64,000 nucleotides of DNA from Vicugna vicugna (taxonomy: Eukaryota). Positions within the stretch are counted from its first letter, which is position 1. The number at the start of each line of letters is the position of its first letter. The DNA lies in assembly GCA_013265495.1 (NCBI GenBank), contig MU058844.1, positions 13,104,184-13,168,183 on the forward strand, given 5' to 3'. The position numbers and the translations under genes are program-made. The notes beneath the pieces were generated by a model. It was not told the origin of the DNA. It searched no databases and was given only the letters and a program-made list of their open reading frames with translations. Of the stretch, positions 27,875 through 41,585 are shown piece after piece.

Positions 27875-29531
27875 GCTGTCATTTTAGATTTATATTATCT
27901 TCCTAGGGTTTCCTTTTGTTTCTCCTATTGGGTTTGCTGTTGGCCAATAGGCCAATAGGATTTGTGTCCTTTTTTTGGTTCGTTGGTTTAGTACCTGCTT
28001 GGAAGAGTACAAAGGAAGTAAATTATTTTGAGATGGCACGTCTGGAGATGACTATTTTACCCTTGTGCTTGATAGTTTGGGTGTGGAATTATAATTTGGG
28101 AATCATTTTTTCTTCGGAATTTTGAAGGCATTGCTCCGTTGTCACTTTGCTTCTAGTGTTGCTGTGTTGAAGTTCAAAGTCATTGTAATTCTTGATCATT
28201 TATACGTGGCACTTCTTAAAAAGCAGGCATATATATCTATTTCTGAAAGCTCCTCTGGCTTCAGAGTTCAGAAATTTTTACACTGTCAGGTCTGTGTTTT
28301 ATTTCTTCTGTTAGGCATTCAGTGGTAGACCCTTTCAATATGGCAGTGTGGTAGCTCTCAATTCTGGGGAATATTATTGACTTATTTTGTTGACTGTCTT
28401 GTTCCCATTTTCTCTTTCTGGAGTTCCTTTTATATGTTGGACTGGTTCTTCTAATTACCTTTTGTCCTAGTTTCCATCTTTGTCTCTTTGCTCTTCTTTC
28501 TTGGTGAAGTAGAAACTTTATCTTTCAACTCTTACATTGAGTTTCTAAATTTCTGTTGTTTTAGTTTTCAGGTGTTCCTTTGCTCTCTGTTCCTGTTTTT
28601 ATAGCATCTTGTTCTAACTTCATTGTTTGTAATATCTTTTCTTTGGATGTTCTTTCCCCTGTGTAGTCTGGTCTTAAAATTTTCTTTCTTTTCTGGTCTC
28701 AATGGCTTTCCTCATATAGGAGAAGATAATACTTGGTTGTCTGCTCATTAAAATTGGAGTGGGGGAAAGGGGTAGTTGAAGGATTTTTTTTTTTAAGCTA
28801 ATTGGAGAATTTAGAGTTTTAGGGGAAAGGAGGGCTTGTCAGTTTAGGATTTTAATGTGGACTCAGCAGGGTGGGTATTTGTTGTGAGAACCCCCAGTGT
28901 CAGAATGCCATTTTTCTGAGCTGGTCAGATACCCCAGTAAAGAGTGTTTGGGTAAAGATCTGGCTTCCAGTGTTCTGGGAACTGAGTGAGGAGAAAGCAG
29001 CTAGGGAGGGGGCTCTGCATTCAGCATTCTAGTCGGGATATTGTCCTGGGTCTGTGAGCCTCTAGTCTGAGCTCTCAGCTCCCTTTCCAGAGAAGAAGCT
29101 GTTACACTTCTGCTAGAGCGAGGGAGGAACTAAGGATTTAACTCTTAGAGTTTTTGCTTAGTCCTCCCTGTTTTACCCACGCTCACCCCCAAGCCTTAGC
29201 TCTAGAAGGATTCTGTGTTTAGGCCGGTTCTCAGCTCTACCGCTGCTGACTTAGATTTCATTTCTCAGTGAAGTTGCTGCTCTTGTCTCCTTGTCCTTCA
29301 GTGTTCATTTAAAAACCCTTTTGTCATAATTTTAGTGGGACTTTTGGAAGGATTAAGATCAGATGAGTACATGCAGTCTGCCATCGAACCTTCATTTTGT
29401 CTTAAATTCTGAAAAAAAAGAATAAATTGGTTGTGAGAGCTTGATCCCCCTCCCCCCCCCAATTATTTACTGTTGGATGCCTGTGAGCCCTGGGAGGGTG
29501 GGAGGAAGAGGAAGATCCTTGTTCTTTAAAG

Positions 29532-29741
29532 CAGAAGTCAGCAAACTTTCTCCGTAAAGGACCTGATCGTAAATATTTTAGGCATTTTGGGCCATGTGGT
29601 CTCTTGTTGCAACTGTTCAGCGCTGCTGTTGTACTGTGAGAGCAGCCATAGACAAATCAATGCGGCTGTCTTGCAGTAAAACTTTATTTATAAAAATAGG
29701 AGTGGATTGGATTTGGCCACGTGACAGTTTGTAGACTCCTG
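29532..29741. mobile_element. hAT-Charlie MITE, MER58A-like
   Basis: CAGAAGTCAGCAAACT...TTTGTAGACTCCTG with 8-bp TSD CTTTAAAG/TTTTAAAG. Confidence 0.8.
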
Positions 29742-31029
29742 TTTTAAAGCTTTAAGATTTAGATGTTCAATAAATAAATGAAATGACACTGGAGGAAGAG
29801 CTGTTCCATGTTATCTTCAGTTAGTGACCCTTAACTCTAAATATACCTAACTTTATACTAAGTGAAAGATAGCTTTTTCTAACAAAATAGTCTGTTTCTG
29901 TTGGGAAAGCTTTTTTTTTCTTGGTTGACAGAAACATAAATTTTTCTAGCAGAATACGGTACTTCTGTATGTGTCCCCATATGAAAATTAGAGAGTATTT
30001 GTTCCTGTATGAAAGTTAATTTTTCAAATGCTGTTTCTAGACATGAAAGCAACTAATTCTCTAAACCAAGTATTAAAATGTAAAATTACATGAGGAATTG
30101 TACAATGATGACTTCGATATCCTAACTCTCCATTTTAATGCTGATTTTAATCTCATGTTCCAAAACTAGATTTTTAAGATGAAGTAGGAAGAACGTTTTT
30201 ACTTTTTACCTTCTCTTTTAATGGTGCCATCCTCCTGGCTTAACTCTTAAGCATGAAGTAGACTGAAGTCTTTTACTGTTCTTCCCCATCTTCTCTATGA
30301 AGTAAAGAAAAAGGAAAATCCAAAGATAGTAAGTACAGGCGGATGTGGTTGTTCCCCAGCCATCAGGGACCCAGAATCCTTCTGTTTTTCTAGACTGTTT
30401 TTCTAGACTCCTTTATTCTTAGCTGGTGACTTTCATTCTGTAGGATGCCTCATGGTCCAGCATGGCTGCGGAAGCTCTAGCCATCATATCCCTGTTCCAG
30501 GGAGGGAGCAACATCAAAAAGGCTTCCAGCTGTTTACCATCCTATTTAGGAGGATATATATGTATATGTTCTACACTATGTATTTTCTTAATCTCACTGC
30601 CAAAATATGACTATATAGCCACTCTAGCTAAAAGGTAGGCTGAGACACATAGACTTCTTAGCTTGGTATTATAGCCATCTCATATAAAATCAGAATGCTT
30701 TTACTAGGAAGAGTGAAATCAGTAGATAGTGGGTAGAGAGCACATACTTCCTGACATTACATTCTCTGAACCAAAACCTATCAAATCACATTCTTAAAGC
30801 CTGAAGTATACACTTTATATTTGACCAAATGTTTTTAAATGAAATTTTGAGTACTTCCAATTTGTACTTGTTTCTACATATGAAGTTAGAAAACTGAATT
30901 ACCTTTTGGATTTCCTATTTCATACTTCTGAAAGAGATATATTAACCTAGAAAATGAATTGAAATTTTCTATAATTTTTTTTTGATAATTGGTACATTTG
31001 AACCTTGGTGTGATACTATGATATTGTAG

Positions 31030-31115
31030 CAAAGAACAGTCTGAACTTGATCAAGATTTGGATGATGTTGAAGAAGTAGAAGAGGAAGAAACTGGTGAAG
31101 AAACAAAAATCAAAG
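31030..31115 (+). CDS. NAP1L1: NAP1L1 exon 3, KEQSELDQDLDDVEEVEEEETGEETKIK
   Basis: ttgtag| ... |gtatt, 86 nt, frame continuous. Confidence 0.96.
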
Positions 31116-31639
31116 GTATTATTTTAAATTATTTTAGGAGCCAGTGATTGCTGGCACGTGTCTTCTAAAGGGTAGTAATAAATACCATTCTTTCTCGATT
31201 CTTGTCCACTTTACTGACTGGCCCATACCATACAGTAAGAGTTTTATGTGTGAATGTACGTTTGGGTTTGGGGAGAGTAAGGGAGGGAAGGAGGGGAAGA
31301 GGGAGATGGAGACGGAATGGTAGTAAGTGAGGACAGTGAGCACAGATGCCCATCAGAAGTGGGTAAAACACAGATGGAAGGGAGAGAAAGGATACTGTTA
31401 ATAGCAGTTGTAGTAGTGGCCTTGAGAAATGGTGTGCACTAGACGTAACTTGGAGTCTGAACTTCTTCTGTATGTTGGGTTTTCCTAGAGTGAATTTTCT
31501 TTAGCTTGCTGCTCGTCTCTGCTCAGACTAGTGATTTATGGGCTAATCAGGAAAACTTCATGATTGGATTGTCCTATTAAAATAGCATAATACATTTTCA
31601 TAAAATCCTTCTTTCGATGCCCTCCCCTTTTTTTTAAAG

Positions 31640-31742
31640 CGCGTCAACTGACTGTTCAGATGATGCAAAATCCTCAGATTCTTGCAGCTCTTCAAGAAAG
31701 ACTTGATGGTCTGGTAGAAACACCAACAGGATACATTGAAAG
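31640..31742 (+). CDS. NAP1L1: NAP1L1 exon 4, ARQLTVQMMQNPQILAALQERLDGLVETPTGYIES
   Basis: tttaaag| ... |gtac, 103 nt. Confidence 0.96.
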
Positions 31743-31949
31743 GTACAAGTTCTTTTTCATGGTCTTTATCTTTCTATAATCAACATTGCAGGTGTATCTT
31801 TTTAAGGGCATCTAGGACTTATGTATGTCGCAGTGGGAAGCTAATGTTTTGTTAGTACCGAGTATAGGATTATTGGGAGTTTAAAATTTTGCTAAGTACC
31901 AATTCAGAGCTGGTCTTTTAAAATTTATTTTGGTTCATCTCTATAGGAA

Positions 31950-34900
31950 TTATACTGATCTTAACCATTTCTGAGATTTGTTAGAAATGCACAGAATTAG
32001 AAGAAATCCAAATTGCTTATTTATTTCATTGATGATTTAAATCATTAATAATAGCCCAAATATCTTCTTATGCTTATAATTTTTTACAGAGCTCTGTGAT
32101 TTTAGGATCCATCCACATTGCTATCTATGTATATCTCTAGTCAGTAGTTTCTAGCTTCTAAGTGTTGCGTAGTTCTCTGTGATGTGTGTCCACCATGCTT
32201 CTATGCTTTTTCTTTGATGGACCTCTAGATTGCCTCCAAACTCCATCAACACAAATTCCATTGTAATGGTAATCCTTGTTCATGTCCTCTTAAGGAACTG
32301 TGTGAGAATTTCTGTAGGATATGTACTTACCAAGGGGATTGATAGTTACGGGGCTTGCAAGCCTCAAGTACTTCCAGCTTGCTTTCTGCAATGAGTGTAT
32401 CTAATACGTGAAAATTGCTTTATCCTGGTGTCTTGCCAACTGTTGGCATCATTCAGCTTTATAGTTTTGTTTTTATCAGTCTGAGAGGTGGTAAATTCTG
32501 ATTGCTAATGAGTTCTGAGTGTCTTTTCATAATAATTGTGACTGAGCCTTTTAGGTCGCTCATTTGTACCCTTTTTTCTCCCATTCACGTTTTGGAGTTC
32601 ACTGTCTTTCTTGTTTTGTAGGAGTTCTTATGTATCCTAAGTTTTCAGTTTTAGACTTCGTAAATAATCTACTGTGTCATTCCTATTTTGTCAGTAGTGT
32701 CCTCCATTAAATAGAAATCCTTAATTTTTATGTTTGTTAAGTTTTTGGACCTATGGCTTGTTCTTTTGAAGATAAATCTTTCCTCGTTTCTTCTGCATTT
32801 CCTGTTGACTAGTTTTACCTTTTACCTTTCACCTTTAGTTCTTTAATCCATCTAGAGATCACCTTTATATTTAGTATTAAATAGGCATCCAGTTCCTTTT
32901 TTTTTTGCCTTTTTGGTGAGCTAGCTTTTATAACGCTTCACTAAACAGTTCACTCTTCCCCCATTTATTTGCGTTACCACCTTTATTACATATCAAATTC
33001 TAATTATCAGCGCCTTTGTCTTTGAGCAACACTCTTCAGTGATCTTTTTGGCCGGTTTTTTGTCATTGTCCCACTTAAAAGTCCCTATGGCTTTATAGGA
33101 TGTCTTAGTATCTGGCAGGGTGAGTTGCTTTCCTCTGCCACTCCTCAGCCACCATGGAAACATGTTTTTAAGGTTGACCTTACAGTCTCTAGGCCTTTAT
33201 CCCATGTATGGTTGAGCATACGTATATCAGGGTTCGCTCAAAAAACAAGCAAACAGAAAAATAACTAAAATTTGATAGGAATTCCACCATCTTTTTGATA
33301 GTAAATTATCGCATCCATATCCTTGTATTTATTCAGATCATATTCTGTGTCTTTCATACAAACTTTTCTTCTTGTTTAATTCCTGTATGCTGTGTGTTGC
33401 TATGAATAATACCTACTTTTTTAGTGTTTTCTGGTTGGCTGTTCTTGGTAAAGGAGTGCTGTTGATTATTTTTTTTTTTAAGTTGCTACACTTATTGTAT
33501 AATAATTTATTCTCTTTTCTTCTCCTTAGCCCAAAGGGTCTTAACTGCAAATAAATAATGGCAGTTTTAGCTCTGATCTTCCATATTACACCACACCACG
33601 TTCATTTTTCTTCCTTTGTAACATTGGTCGGGACTTTCAGTACTGTGTTAAACATTAGCATTAAAAATGGGCATCTTTGTCTTATTTCTAGTGTTAATTG
33701 AGAATAGATATATAATCTCTTCATTAATTTGGTGTCATTTATGACTTTATGACCTTTTTTCCTTCAAATGGTCTTTTGACTTTTGCTTTGAATCTGTTAA
33801 GTATATATTTTTAGAAATATGAGTTGGCTGGTTAATATTTTATTTAGGTTCCTTATTCATTAGTGAAAAGAGTTTTGTGTGTGCATATATGTGCATGTAT
33901 ATGTATATATATGTATGTACAATAAAAAATCTTTCAGGGGATGATAATTCTGTCCCCTGGTTTCAGAGTCAAGATTTCAACTGCCTAGAAGTGAACAGGA
34001 TTGCTTGTATTTTTTCCCCTGTGTTTTGAAATAACTTGTATACGATAAGAGTTCCTTGAGTAGTTGGTAGAACTCTTCTGAAAATTGACTTAGGCCTTTG
34101 GGATTTGGAAACTTGAGGTCCTGGGGAATTTTTCCTCTTTTTTTTTTTTTTCTCTTTTTTTCTTTTTGAACATACTAACCTCTTCAAGTTCTCTTGTGCC
34201 AATTTTGGAGTTTTATATTCTTCTAAAAATGTATGCATTTTAGGTTTCAAATAGATTATTACATAATTCATGACATTTGAAAAACTGATTATTCCCTTTA
34301 ATATTCTGTATTCTCCATTTTGCATCTTCATTAATTTTGCCAGTTTTCTCAATCTTAATGTTCTCTAGGACAGCCTTTGATTTTTCCATTTGCATACTTA
34401 TTTGTTACATCAATTCTCTTTTTGGGGGCTTTAATGTTATTTCCTTCTTATTTGGGTTTACTCTTCCAGTTTCTTTAATTGACTGCTTAGTTCATTTAAT
34501 TAAAAAATTAATCAGTCTCTTTAAAGGCTGTATGTTCTGTGAATGTTAAGTGTGAAGGTCTACATGCTGAAATCAGTAACTCAGGCATATTAATGGTATT
34601 GTTCAGGTTGTCTTTATTTCTGCCTTATTGATTGACTACTTGATCTAACAGTTTCTGGGAAGGATGTGTACTTTCTCTTCCTGTAATTCTGTCAGTTGTG
34701 CGTTATACCATAGATTATTTTGTCTGATTCTAAGATACCTGTTTTAGCTTTCTTTTGGTTTTTATTTATCTGGCATGTCTTTTTCCATCCTTGCAATCTT
34801 ACTTTCATGTAATTGTTTCTTAGTAATTTCAAACTCTTTACATTTCTTAGAAGTGTTAATTGGTTTTGGACTTAATTACTATCCTCTTTCCTTTCTTTTT

Positions 34901-36400
34901 AATTTATGATACTTTCTTTTATTCTCCTTTTTCATTGAATAGATCAAATTGTCTTCTGTTGGTTTCAAAGTTAATGCATTCTATTTTTTGTTATTACGGT
35001 AAAGTGACTCATGACCTAATACCTAACTTTAATTACCCCTATTAATCTCTAAATTTACCCATAATGTACTTATAGGCCTGTTTTTCCATCAAGGCAACAA
35101 ATAAAATTTACCAAGATATTTTTGACTCACCCATACCTTATATATCATCTACAGGATATATTTTTACTTCCTCAAAAGTTATTTTTAGTGAATGTAATAT
35201 CTGTGACTTACTTATTAAGGCCTCATATACCTCATACCATTTTTATTTTACCGTCATATCTGAAATAGTTTGGCTATTAAATTTTAAGTTCGAAGTTCTT
35301 AAACATCTTAAAATTTCACTCCATTTTTTATATCCAGTGTTCTCTTTGAAACCTGATGTCAGTCTGATTTCCTTTGTAGGTTATTTGCTTTTTTCATTGA
35401 ATACCTTTAGAATTTTCTTTTGTCTTTGATAGTCATGAATCTCATCGGGCATGTCTAGTGATTTGAGTAAGGATGTTCATACTGCTTTAACTCTGAGAAA
35501 TTTATTACTCTCATTTTTTCAGATACTCAATTCCCTTCTCTATTTTTCAGCTGCTGTTACATTTGTCGTTCATGTCTCCATATCATAGCTTTTCTGTCTT
35601 TCCTGCTGCCTCTCTAAAGAACTTTTCAACCTCGTGGATTTTTTTTCTTCCTTTGAACCTATCTTGTTTATTTATTTGTTGGTTATTTTAGTTATTGTAT
35701 TTTTCATATTTAATATTCCCACCTTGTTTTGGATTTCTTGGTCTTGTTTCATGGTTAGTATCTATCTTCCTTTATCTCTTGAAGTATGTTTATATGCCTG
35801 TTTAAATTCTCAGTATGTCTGTAATGCTTCGGAAAATAAATGATTTCATTCTTTCATTGTACTCCGCAAGGGTCTAGTTGGCCTTACAGCTCAGACACAC
35901 TGGCTGAGATCAGTTACTCCAGTAATGAGTGTTGAGGGAGGAGTCAGACTTTGGTCTGTGACAAGCGCATGCAGTTTAAAGAGAAGGAGGGGGTGGGGCA
36001 TGAACATAATAAGGAGAATCCAGTCACCTCAGACCCCGAGTTGGTTGACAGGTCCAGGCTGTTTTGGGAGGAGGCAGTCTCCTCTGGTTATAATCCATTG
36101 TTCCTGGGTGGAGAGGGTAGAAGAGTGCTTCGGGGCCCTGAACCAGTGCAGCTTTCATCAGCTCTGCGTGTTATCCTAGGAGCACTGGCACTGGGCTCTG
36201 CGGAAGGTGAAGGGGGCAGGCAGTAAATGTGGAACGCAAGCATAGAATTAAAAGACTTGCAAAAAAGCTTTCTTCCAACTTGTCCTCACTGGTACTCACT
36301 CTGGTCCCCCCCCACCCCTCCCCCTAGCTTTCTTTCTAAGTTGTAGCTCACCCTGTCTGTACCAGTTGAAGACAGCCTCCACTCAGAATTCGCTTGTGGG

Positions 36401-36439
<39 letters not shown>

Positions 36440-36540
36440 GTAGTTGTTTCCTTCCTAGTTCTAAAGTTCTAGGGTTGATTTTTTTGAGTTGTGTAAATGG
36501 AGGGAGTCTAGCCAACCATGCTCTTTCACCACCTTGACAG
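31950..36540 (-). mobile_element. Degenerate antisense L1 fragments filling NAP1L1 intron 4
   Basis: T-rich + strand; minus ORF 33969-34352 contains MHTFLEEYKTPKLAQENLKR, resembling the L1 ORF2p MDKFLE.Y.LPKL.QEE..NL.R segment. Confidence 0.65.
36404..36437. repeat. (TG)17 microsatellite
   Basis: Counted directly. Confidence 0.95.
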
Positions 36541-37020
36541 AACATTAAAATTTTTACTTTTAATTGTAAGAAATAAAAAGTTGATAGTTTAGTTACTAGT
36601 TTTACTTCTAACTAAAGTAGTGGTTAAGTAAGAGAATTATTTGATTGACAACAATCTGTCTAGCCTGGATTTTGGATCAAATCCCCTGAACTTAGGAACT
36701 TTTGGGTGTGAACATTTTTGGGGATGGTAGAAGCCTTCATAAGTTTAATCATTTTTCAAGGGGTTCACAGACCAGATGTATATAACATTTGAAAAGTCTG
36801 TGCCCCACAGTGAATTGTATATAAATTAATCTCAATAAAATTGTTATTTAAAAAATCCATCTCCCCTCTTCATAAACTATTACATACTTATTTAACTTCA
36901 GATTCCAAATTAAATATGGAGGCCTAAGTAGAAAATAATGGTATAGGATACCGTTCTTTTCCACAAAATACATAATGCTCCCCTCCTTTCTCCTCATAGT
37001 ATTGATACAGGTGAGATGTG

Positions 37021-37218
37021 CAGTTGACCCTTTTGAACAACGCAGGGGTTAATCTGCGTACAACTTCCGGTCCCTTATAGCCCTCAATCTGCAGTTCCTT
37101 CACAACTGTGGATTCGACCAACCACAGACCATGGAGTGCTGTGGTATTTACTGTTGAAAAATATCTGCATATGAGTGGACTGAGGCAGTTCAAACCCATG
37201 TTATTCAAGGGTCATCTG
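37021..37218. mobile_element. Tigger2-derived MITE (MER8-like)
   Basis: TIRs CAGTTGACCCTTTTGAACAAC...GTTATTCAAGGGTCATCTG followed by TA. Confidence 0.8.
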
Positions 37219-37617
37219 TACATATTAAATAATTCAGGTTATCATTCTTATTCTTAGAAATAGGATGGTCAGTCTGACTTTTTAACTTTGTAAGATAGAC
37301 TCATTTTACAGCTGAGATGCCAGCACTGACAAGTCCACCTCTGTCTGAACTTGATTACAGTGAAAGATTTCAGGTTGATGATAGGATTTACATTTTCTTA
37401 TCAACTTACTGTACCTGGTTAAATTTCTGCTTCTGAAATGTTTTTGGTCAAGAGGTTCATGTATTTATATCTTGAATTGAAATTACTTTGAATGTACTGT
37501 TTGTTTCAAGTAGGAAACCTGTCATTCAGTAATTATGCTTTGATTTCAATAAGATGAAAGAAGTGTGACTTGGGTTTTACTGTGATGCTATGTAACGAGT
37601 GCTCTCTAACCTTTCAG

Positions 37618-37759
37618 CTTGCCTAGGGTAGTTAAAAGACGGGTGAATGCTCTCAAAAACCTTCAAGTTAAATGTGCACAGATAGAAGCCAAATTTTATG
37701 AGGAAGTTCATGATCTTGAAAGAAAGTATGCTGTCCTCTATCAGCCTCTATTTGATAAG
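37618..37759 (+). CDS. NAP1L1: NAP1L1 exon 5, LPRVVKRRVNALKNLQ...YQPLFDK
   Basis: ctttcag| ... |gtaatg, 142 nt; ORF track 37619. Confidence 0.97.
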
Positions 37760-37994
37760 GTAATGCTTTCTACTACTTTGTTTTATCTAAAATTGAAGTT
37801 TCTTTGGAAATACAAACTTTCTTTAAACCTCTCAATATTTTAAAATTGTTTTTAGAGGTATTTGGGAGAATTATCAATAATAGCAATTCATGTTGTAGGA
37901 TGCATTAATTAAATCTGTAAGCATTCTTTAAAAACAGCTAGTTTTTAGTTTGGATGCCAGTGTTTTTAATGCCAGATTTTTTTAATCGTTCTAG

Positions 37995-38075
37995 CGATTT
38001 GAGATTATTAATGCAATTTATGAGCCTACGGAAGAAGAATGTGAATGGAAACCAGATGAGGAAGATGAGATTTCG
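37995..38075 (+). CDS. NAP1L1: NAP1L1 exon 6, RFEIINAIYEPTEEECEWKPDEEDEIS
   Basis: ttctag| ... |gttggt, 81 nt. Confidence 0.95.
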
Positions 38076-38796
38076 GTTGGTACTAACTTCAATTTACTGT
38101 TTTTAATAACTCGGAAACATTTTCTTTATTGTAAGATGGTTAGGTACAGATAAGCCACTGCTTATCTTGGCACCATCTGTACCCAAATTCACTTTTTCCT
38201 CACATTTTTACAGTATTTAACATTTATAGATTCATATAGACTTTTCCTTTGAACTTCACGATGACATACAAAGGATTTTCCATTTTTCAAGTGGAGATGG
38301 AGGCTTCTAAGTAACTTGCCCACAACTAATAGATGGCAGAGCTATGACAGAAACCCAGTGCTCTATTATATGACCCTGTTTCTCTGGCATTGACATTTTC
38401 GTGTTGGTTGACTATATTTTGATTAAGAACACTAAGGGGGGAGGCAATGGACAAGGTTTGCATTTCTTTTGCTTTTCTTGTTTACTATGCTTAAAATTCT
38501 TCTCCCCTCCCCTCCTCATGAAAGTAAGAAAGTTTTTCCCTATAGCTCATGGTCCTAGTGGCTTTATCTTTGGAGGGACATAGTGATAACAGTATTTATA
38601 GATGTAAGGTTTGGTATGGGTAACAGCGGTGTTTACACAATTAGACTAGAACTTCTTTAACTAATAGTTAAAATTAGTCGGTGAGGGTTTGCTGATTTCT
38701 AAACTCTGCCACTGCATGTAAGTTAAGGAGATATAAAAAGGATTTATCAGGATGTCTAATCTAGGTATTGAGTAATGAATGCTGTCTTTTATCAAG

Positions 38797-38925
38797 GAGG
38801 AGCTGAAAGAAAAGGCCAAGATTGAAGATGAGAAAAAAGATGAAGAAAAAGAAGACCCCAAGGGAATTCCTGAATTTTGGTTGACTGTTTTTAAGAATGT
38901 TGACTTGCTCAGTGATATGGTTCAG
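38797..38925 (+). CDS. NAP1L1: NAP1L1 exon 7, EELKEKAK...GIPEFWLTVFKNVDLLSDMVQ
   Basis: atcaag| ... |gtaatt, 129 nt; NAP-family GIPEFW motif. Confidence 0.96.
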
Positions 38926-39885
38926 GTAATTTTATTCATAAAAACACCAGTTTACCTCCCAGGGTAAACCTTTGAAATTTAAATGGCTGTGACGACTACT
39001 AGTCTCTTTATTGTTGACCTTTATAAAGTAATTGCTTTCTTTCAAAACAGCTGTTATCTACAGAAGGAAAATCATAGCTTTGATTAATCAATTATAATCC
39101 ATTTTCAAAACTTAGATAATGAAATCACCCCTTTGAGATTTGCTCATTGTTGTCTGATGCTTTCTAATAGGCCTGTGCCATCCGTTTTTCTATGTGGAGG
39201 TGGAGGTAAGGTGGGAGAGACTCAGGAGTTTCAGTTTTCTTATCCCAGCGACCTTTTCAGTCTGAAATCACTATTCCAAGGGATGCTTGCATTTTAAAAG
39301 AATACTGTAAAAATCTTTTAACTATTTTAGCAACTGTCTCTTTTTCTGGGAAACCAGTGCAGATGTCACATCTGGGAAACTTGGCCTCTCCTAATCAGAA
39401 GCATTTCTGGAGCCGCTGTCATCTGCATTGTAGTACTAGCCTTGTATTGTGATTGTTAGAAATTAACGTCAAGAAAAAAGATTATCTCAGAACAATGACT
39501 ACTTGCTGCATTTCTACTTTAGCAAAGTAGGAAAGGAACAAGAAGCACCTGGAAAAAGCAGCAAATAGGATCAGGAAACGTTTTTAAAACACACTTGCCC
39601 TATTTAGACTTGGTTTTGAACTTTCAGCCCATTCAGATGTATAGTAATGTGGTTCTCTGTTTAGTCACCTTTTTTCAGCCAGTGGCAATAGAAAGAGGTA
39701 GAACTAAGTAAACTAGCTTCTGTGTAAGTCATAACCTGGAGAGTACATCTATCTCCTGGTTCATAATTGTGCATAAAACTTAACTATAAAATGTCTCAGT
39801 CGGCCAAGTGCTTATTGTCCAGTAGCAAAACAATACTCTTAAAATGCCATTTAAAGACTCATTTTAATATGTTTTTAATTTGAAG

Positions 39886-39957
39886 GAACATGATGAACCT
39901 ATTCTGAAGCACTTGAAAGATATTAAAGTGAAGTTCTCTGACGCTGGCCAGCCTATG
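39886..39957 (+). CDS. NAP1L1: NAP1L1 exon 8, EHDEPILKHLKDIKVKFSDAGQPM
   Basis: ttgaag| ... |gtaaag, 72 nt. Confidence 0.96.
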
Positions 39958-40770
39958 GTAAAGGAATTTTTGAAATATTTTCAATTTTGTAGGATTAAAT
40001 GTTTGCAGGTAGATGAATGTAACTTTCTAAAAAGAGATGACATTGAAGGGTTGGACATGGGAGTGAGAAGAAGTTAAAGCTGATACTTGGTACACTTAAT
40101 TGTTGGTAGGAAATAAATGTTTGGATGTTGATAATTGTGTTGCAGTATTTATTCCTTTTCCTCCCTCTGAACATAAACTACTTTTGAAATATAGTCGGTC
40201 CTTGATCCTGAATTAAAAATACTAGCAAAGGAATATGAATAAGAAACTACTTATTCTGTATTAAAAGGCATGTGGCTGAGAATTACCCAAAACAGTATGT
40301 GAGAGGGCCCCCACTTCCCTATTATGAAAGATCAGCCAATAGCTTCTTCCCAAAACCATCAGTATTATGTAAAGCATGGGCAAAGGTGCCACAGGCTACT
40401 GATTCTTGCATTAACATGTGATAAGGTTGGGCTTTTCTCTGTCAAGCTCAGGTTCTCCTCTAAGGTTTAAAGTCCTCTTTGTGGATGGAGGAAGGGGGAC
40501 TTAGTCATTTTATTCAGCTGTACCTAACCCATTTCTTAAACATACTACTAAATAGTTGTAGGCTGAACTAAATTTTATTCAGTTTATTTTGTGCATCATT
40601 TTGCTTTTAATATTATTTGGGATTTATCTGACCCTTTCCTGAAGTAAAAAAAAACATTATCACTTAAAATTTTATGTTTATAAAAATCACAGATTAAGCT
40701 TATTTACTAAAGCATTGCTATTTATCATGTAGGAATGTAATTAGTTTTTATACTTTTTTTTTTTTTAAAG

Positions 40771-40910
40771 AGTTTTGTCTTAGAATTTCACTTTGAACCC
40801 AATGAATATTTCACAAATGAAGTGTTGACAAAGACATACAGAATGAGGTCAGAACCAGATGATTCTGATCCCTTTTCTTTTGATGGACCAGAAATTATGG
40901 GCTGTACAGG
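40771..40910 (+). CDS. NAP1L1: NAP1L1 exon 9, SFVLEFHFEPNEYFTNEVLTKTY...IMGCTG
   Basis: poly-T aaag| ... |gtgagt, 140 nt. Confidence 0.97.
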
Positions 40911-41342
40911 GTGAGTTTAATTTTACTACTTTAACAGAATGTTATATCTGGTTTTTACTTACGATTTGTGGTGCTTGGTATTCCTTAGTGTGCTTGTTAT
41001 ATACGTACATAATTTTTCTCCAAACATTTCAGTAAAACATTTTCTGAGAAGGGATTATCCCTTTTCCTAGAATTCTCCGTAGACTACTACAGATATTTTT
41101 CCGAAGGAGTGCACATTTAAATTTATTGTGAGTTTATGGTGATTATAAATAAATTTATTGAAAAAATTTGTTTAGAAATAAAAATTTTCTCTTTGTACAG
41201 CTACAGAAAGCATTTAAACCAGTTTTGCCCTCTAAAATTTTAAATTAAATAAGACATTTAATTAGAAAAGTCTCAATTCTCCTAGCAATTGAAAGTAATG
41301 TGTTAATTATGATAGATGATTTTTTTCCCTTTGTTTTGGAAG

Positions 41343-41488
41343 GTGCCAGATAGATTGGAAAAAAGGGAAGAATGTTACTTTGAAAACCATTAAGAAGAAG
41401 CAGAAACACAAGGGACGTGGGACAGTTCGTACTGTGACCAAAACAGTCTCTAACGACTCTTTCTTTAATTTTTTTGCCCCCCCTGAAG
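41343..41488 (+). CDS. NAP1L1: NAP1L1 exon 10, CQIDWKKGKNVTLKTIKKKQKHKGRG...SFFNFFAPPE
   Basis: ttggaag| ... |gtaaat, 146 nt; basic NLS region and SFFNFF motif. Confidence 0.97.
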
Positions 41489-41585
41489 GTAAATAGTATA
41501 TTACTTTCGATATATTTTTTTTTTCAGTTATTATAGACTTTGCTTAACTTTGTACTCACTTGAATTTCTCTTTTCAATTTTGCAG

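Noticed and set aside
30990..31029. Pyrimidine-poor acceptor of exon 3 suggesting a U12 intron
   Set aside because: The donor is GTAAGT (U2 type) and there is no TCCTTAAC branch site
33969..34352. 127-aa minus-strand ORF
   Set aside because: Decayed L1 ORF2 remnant running through a poly-A tract
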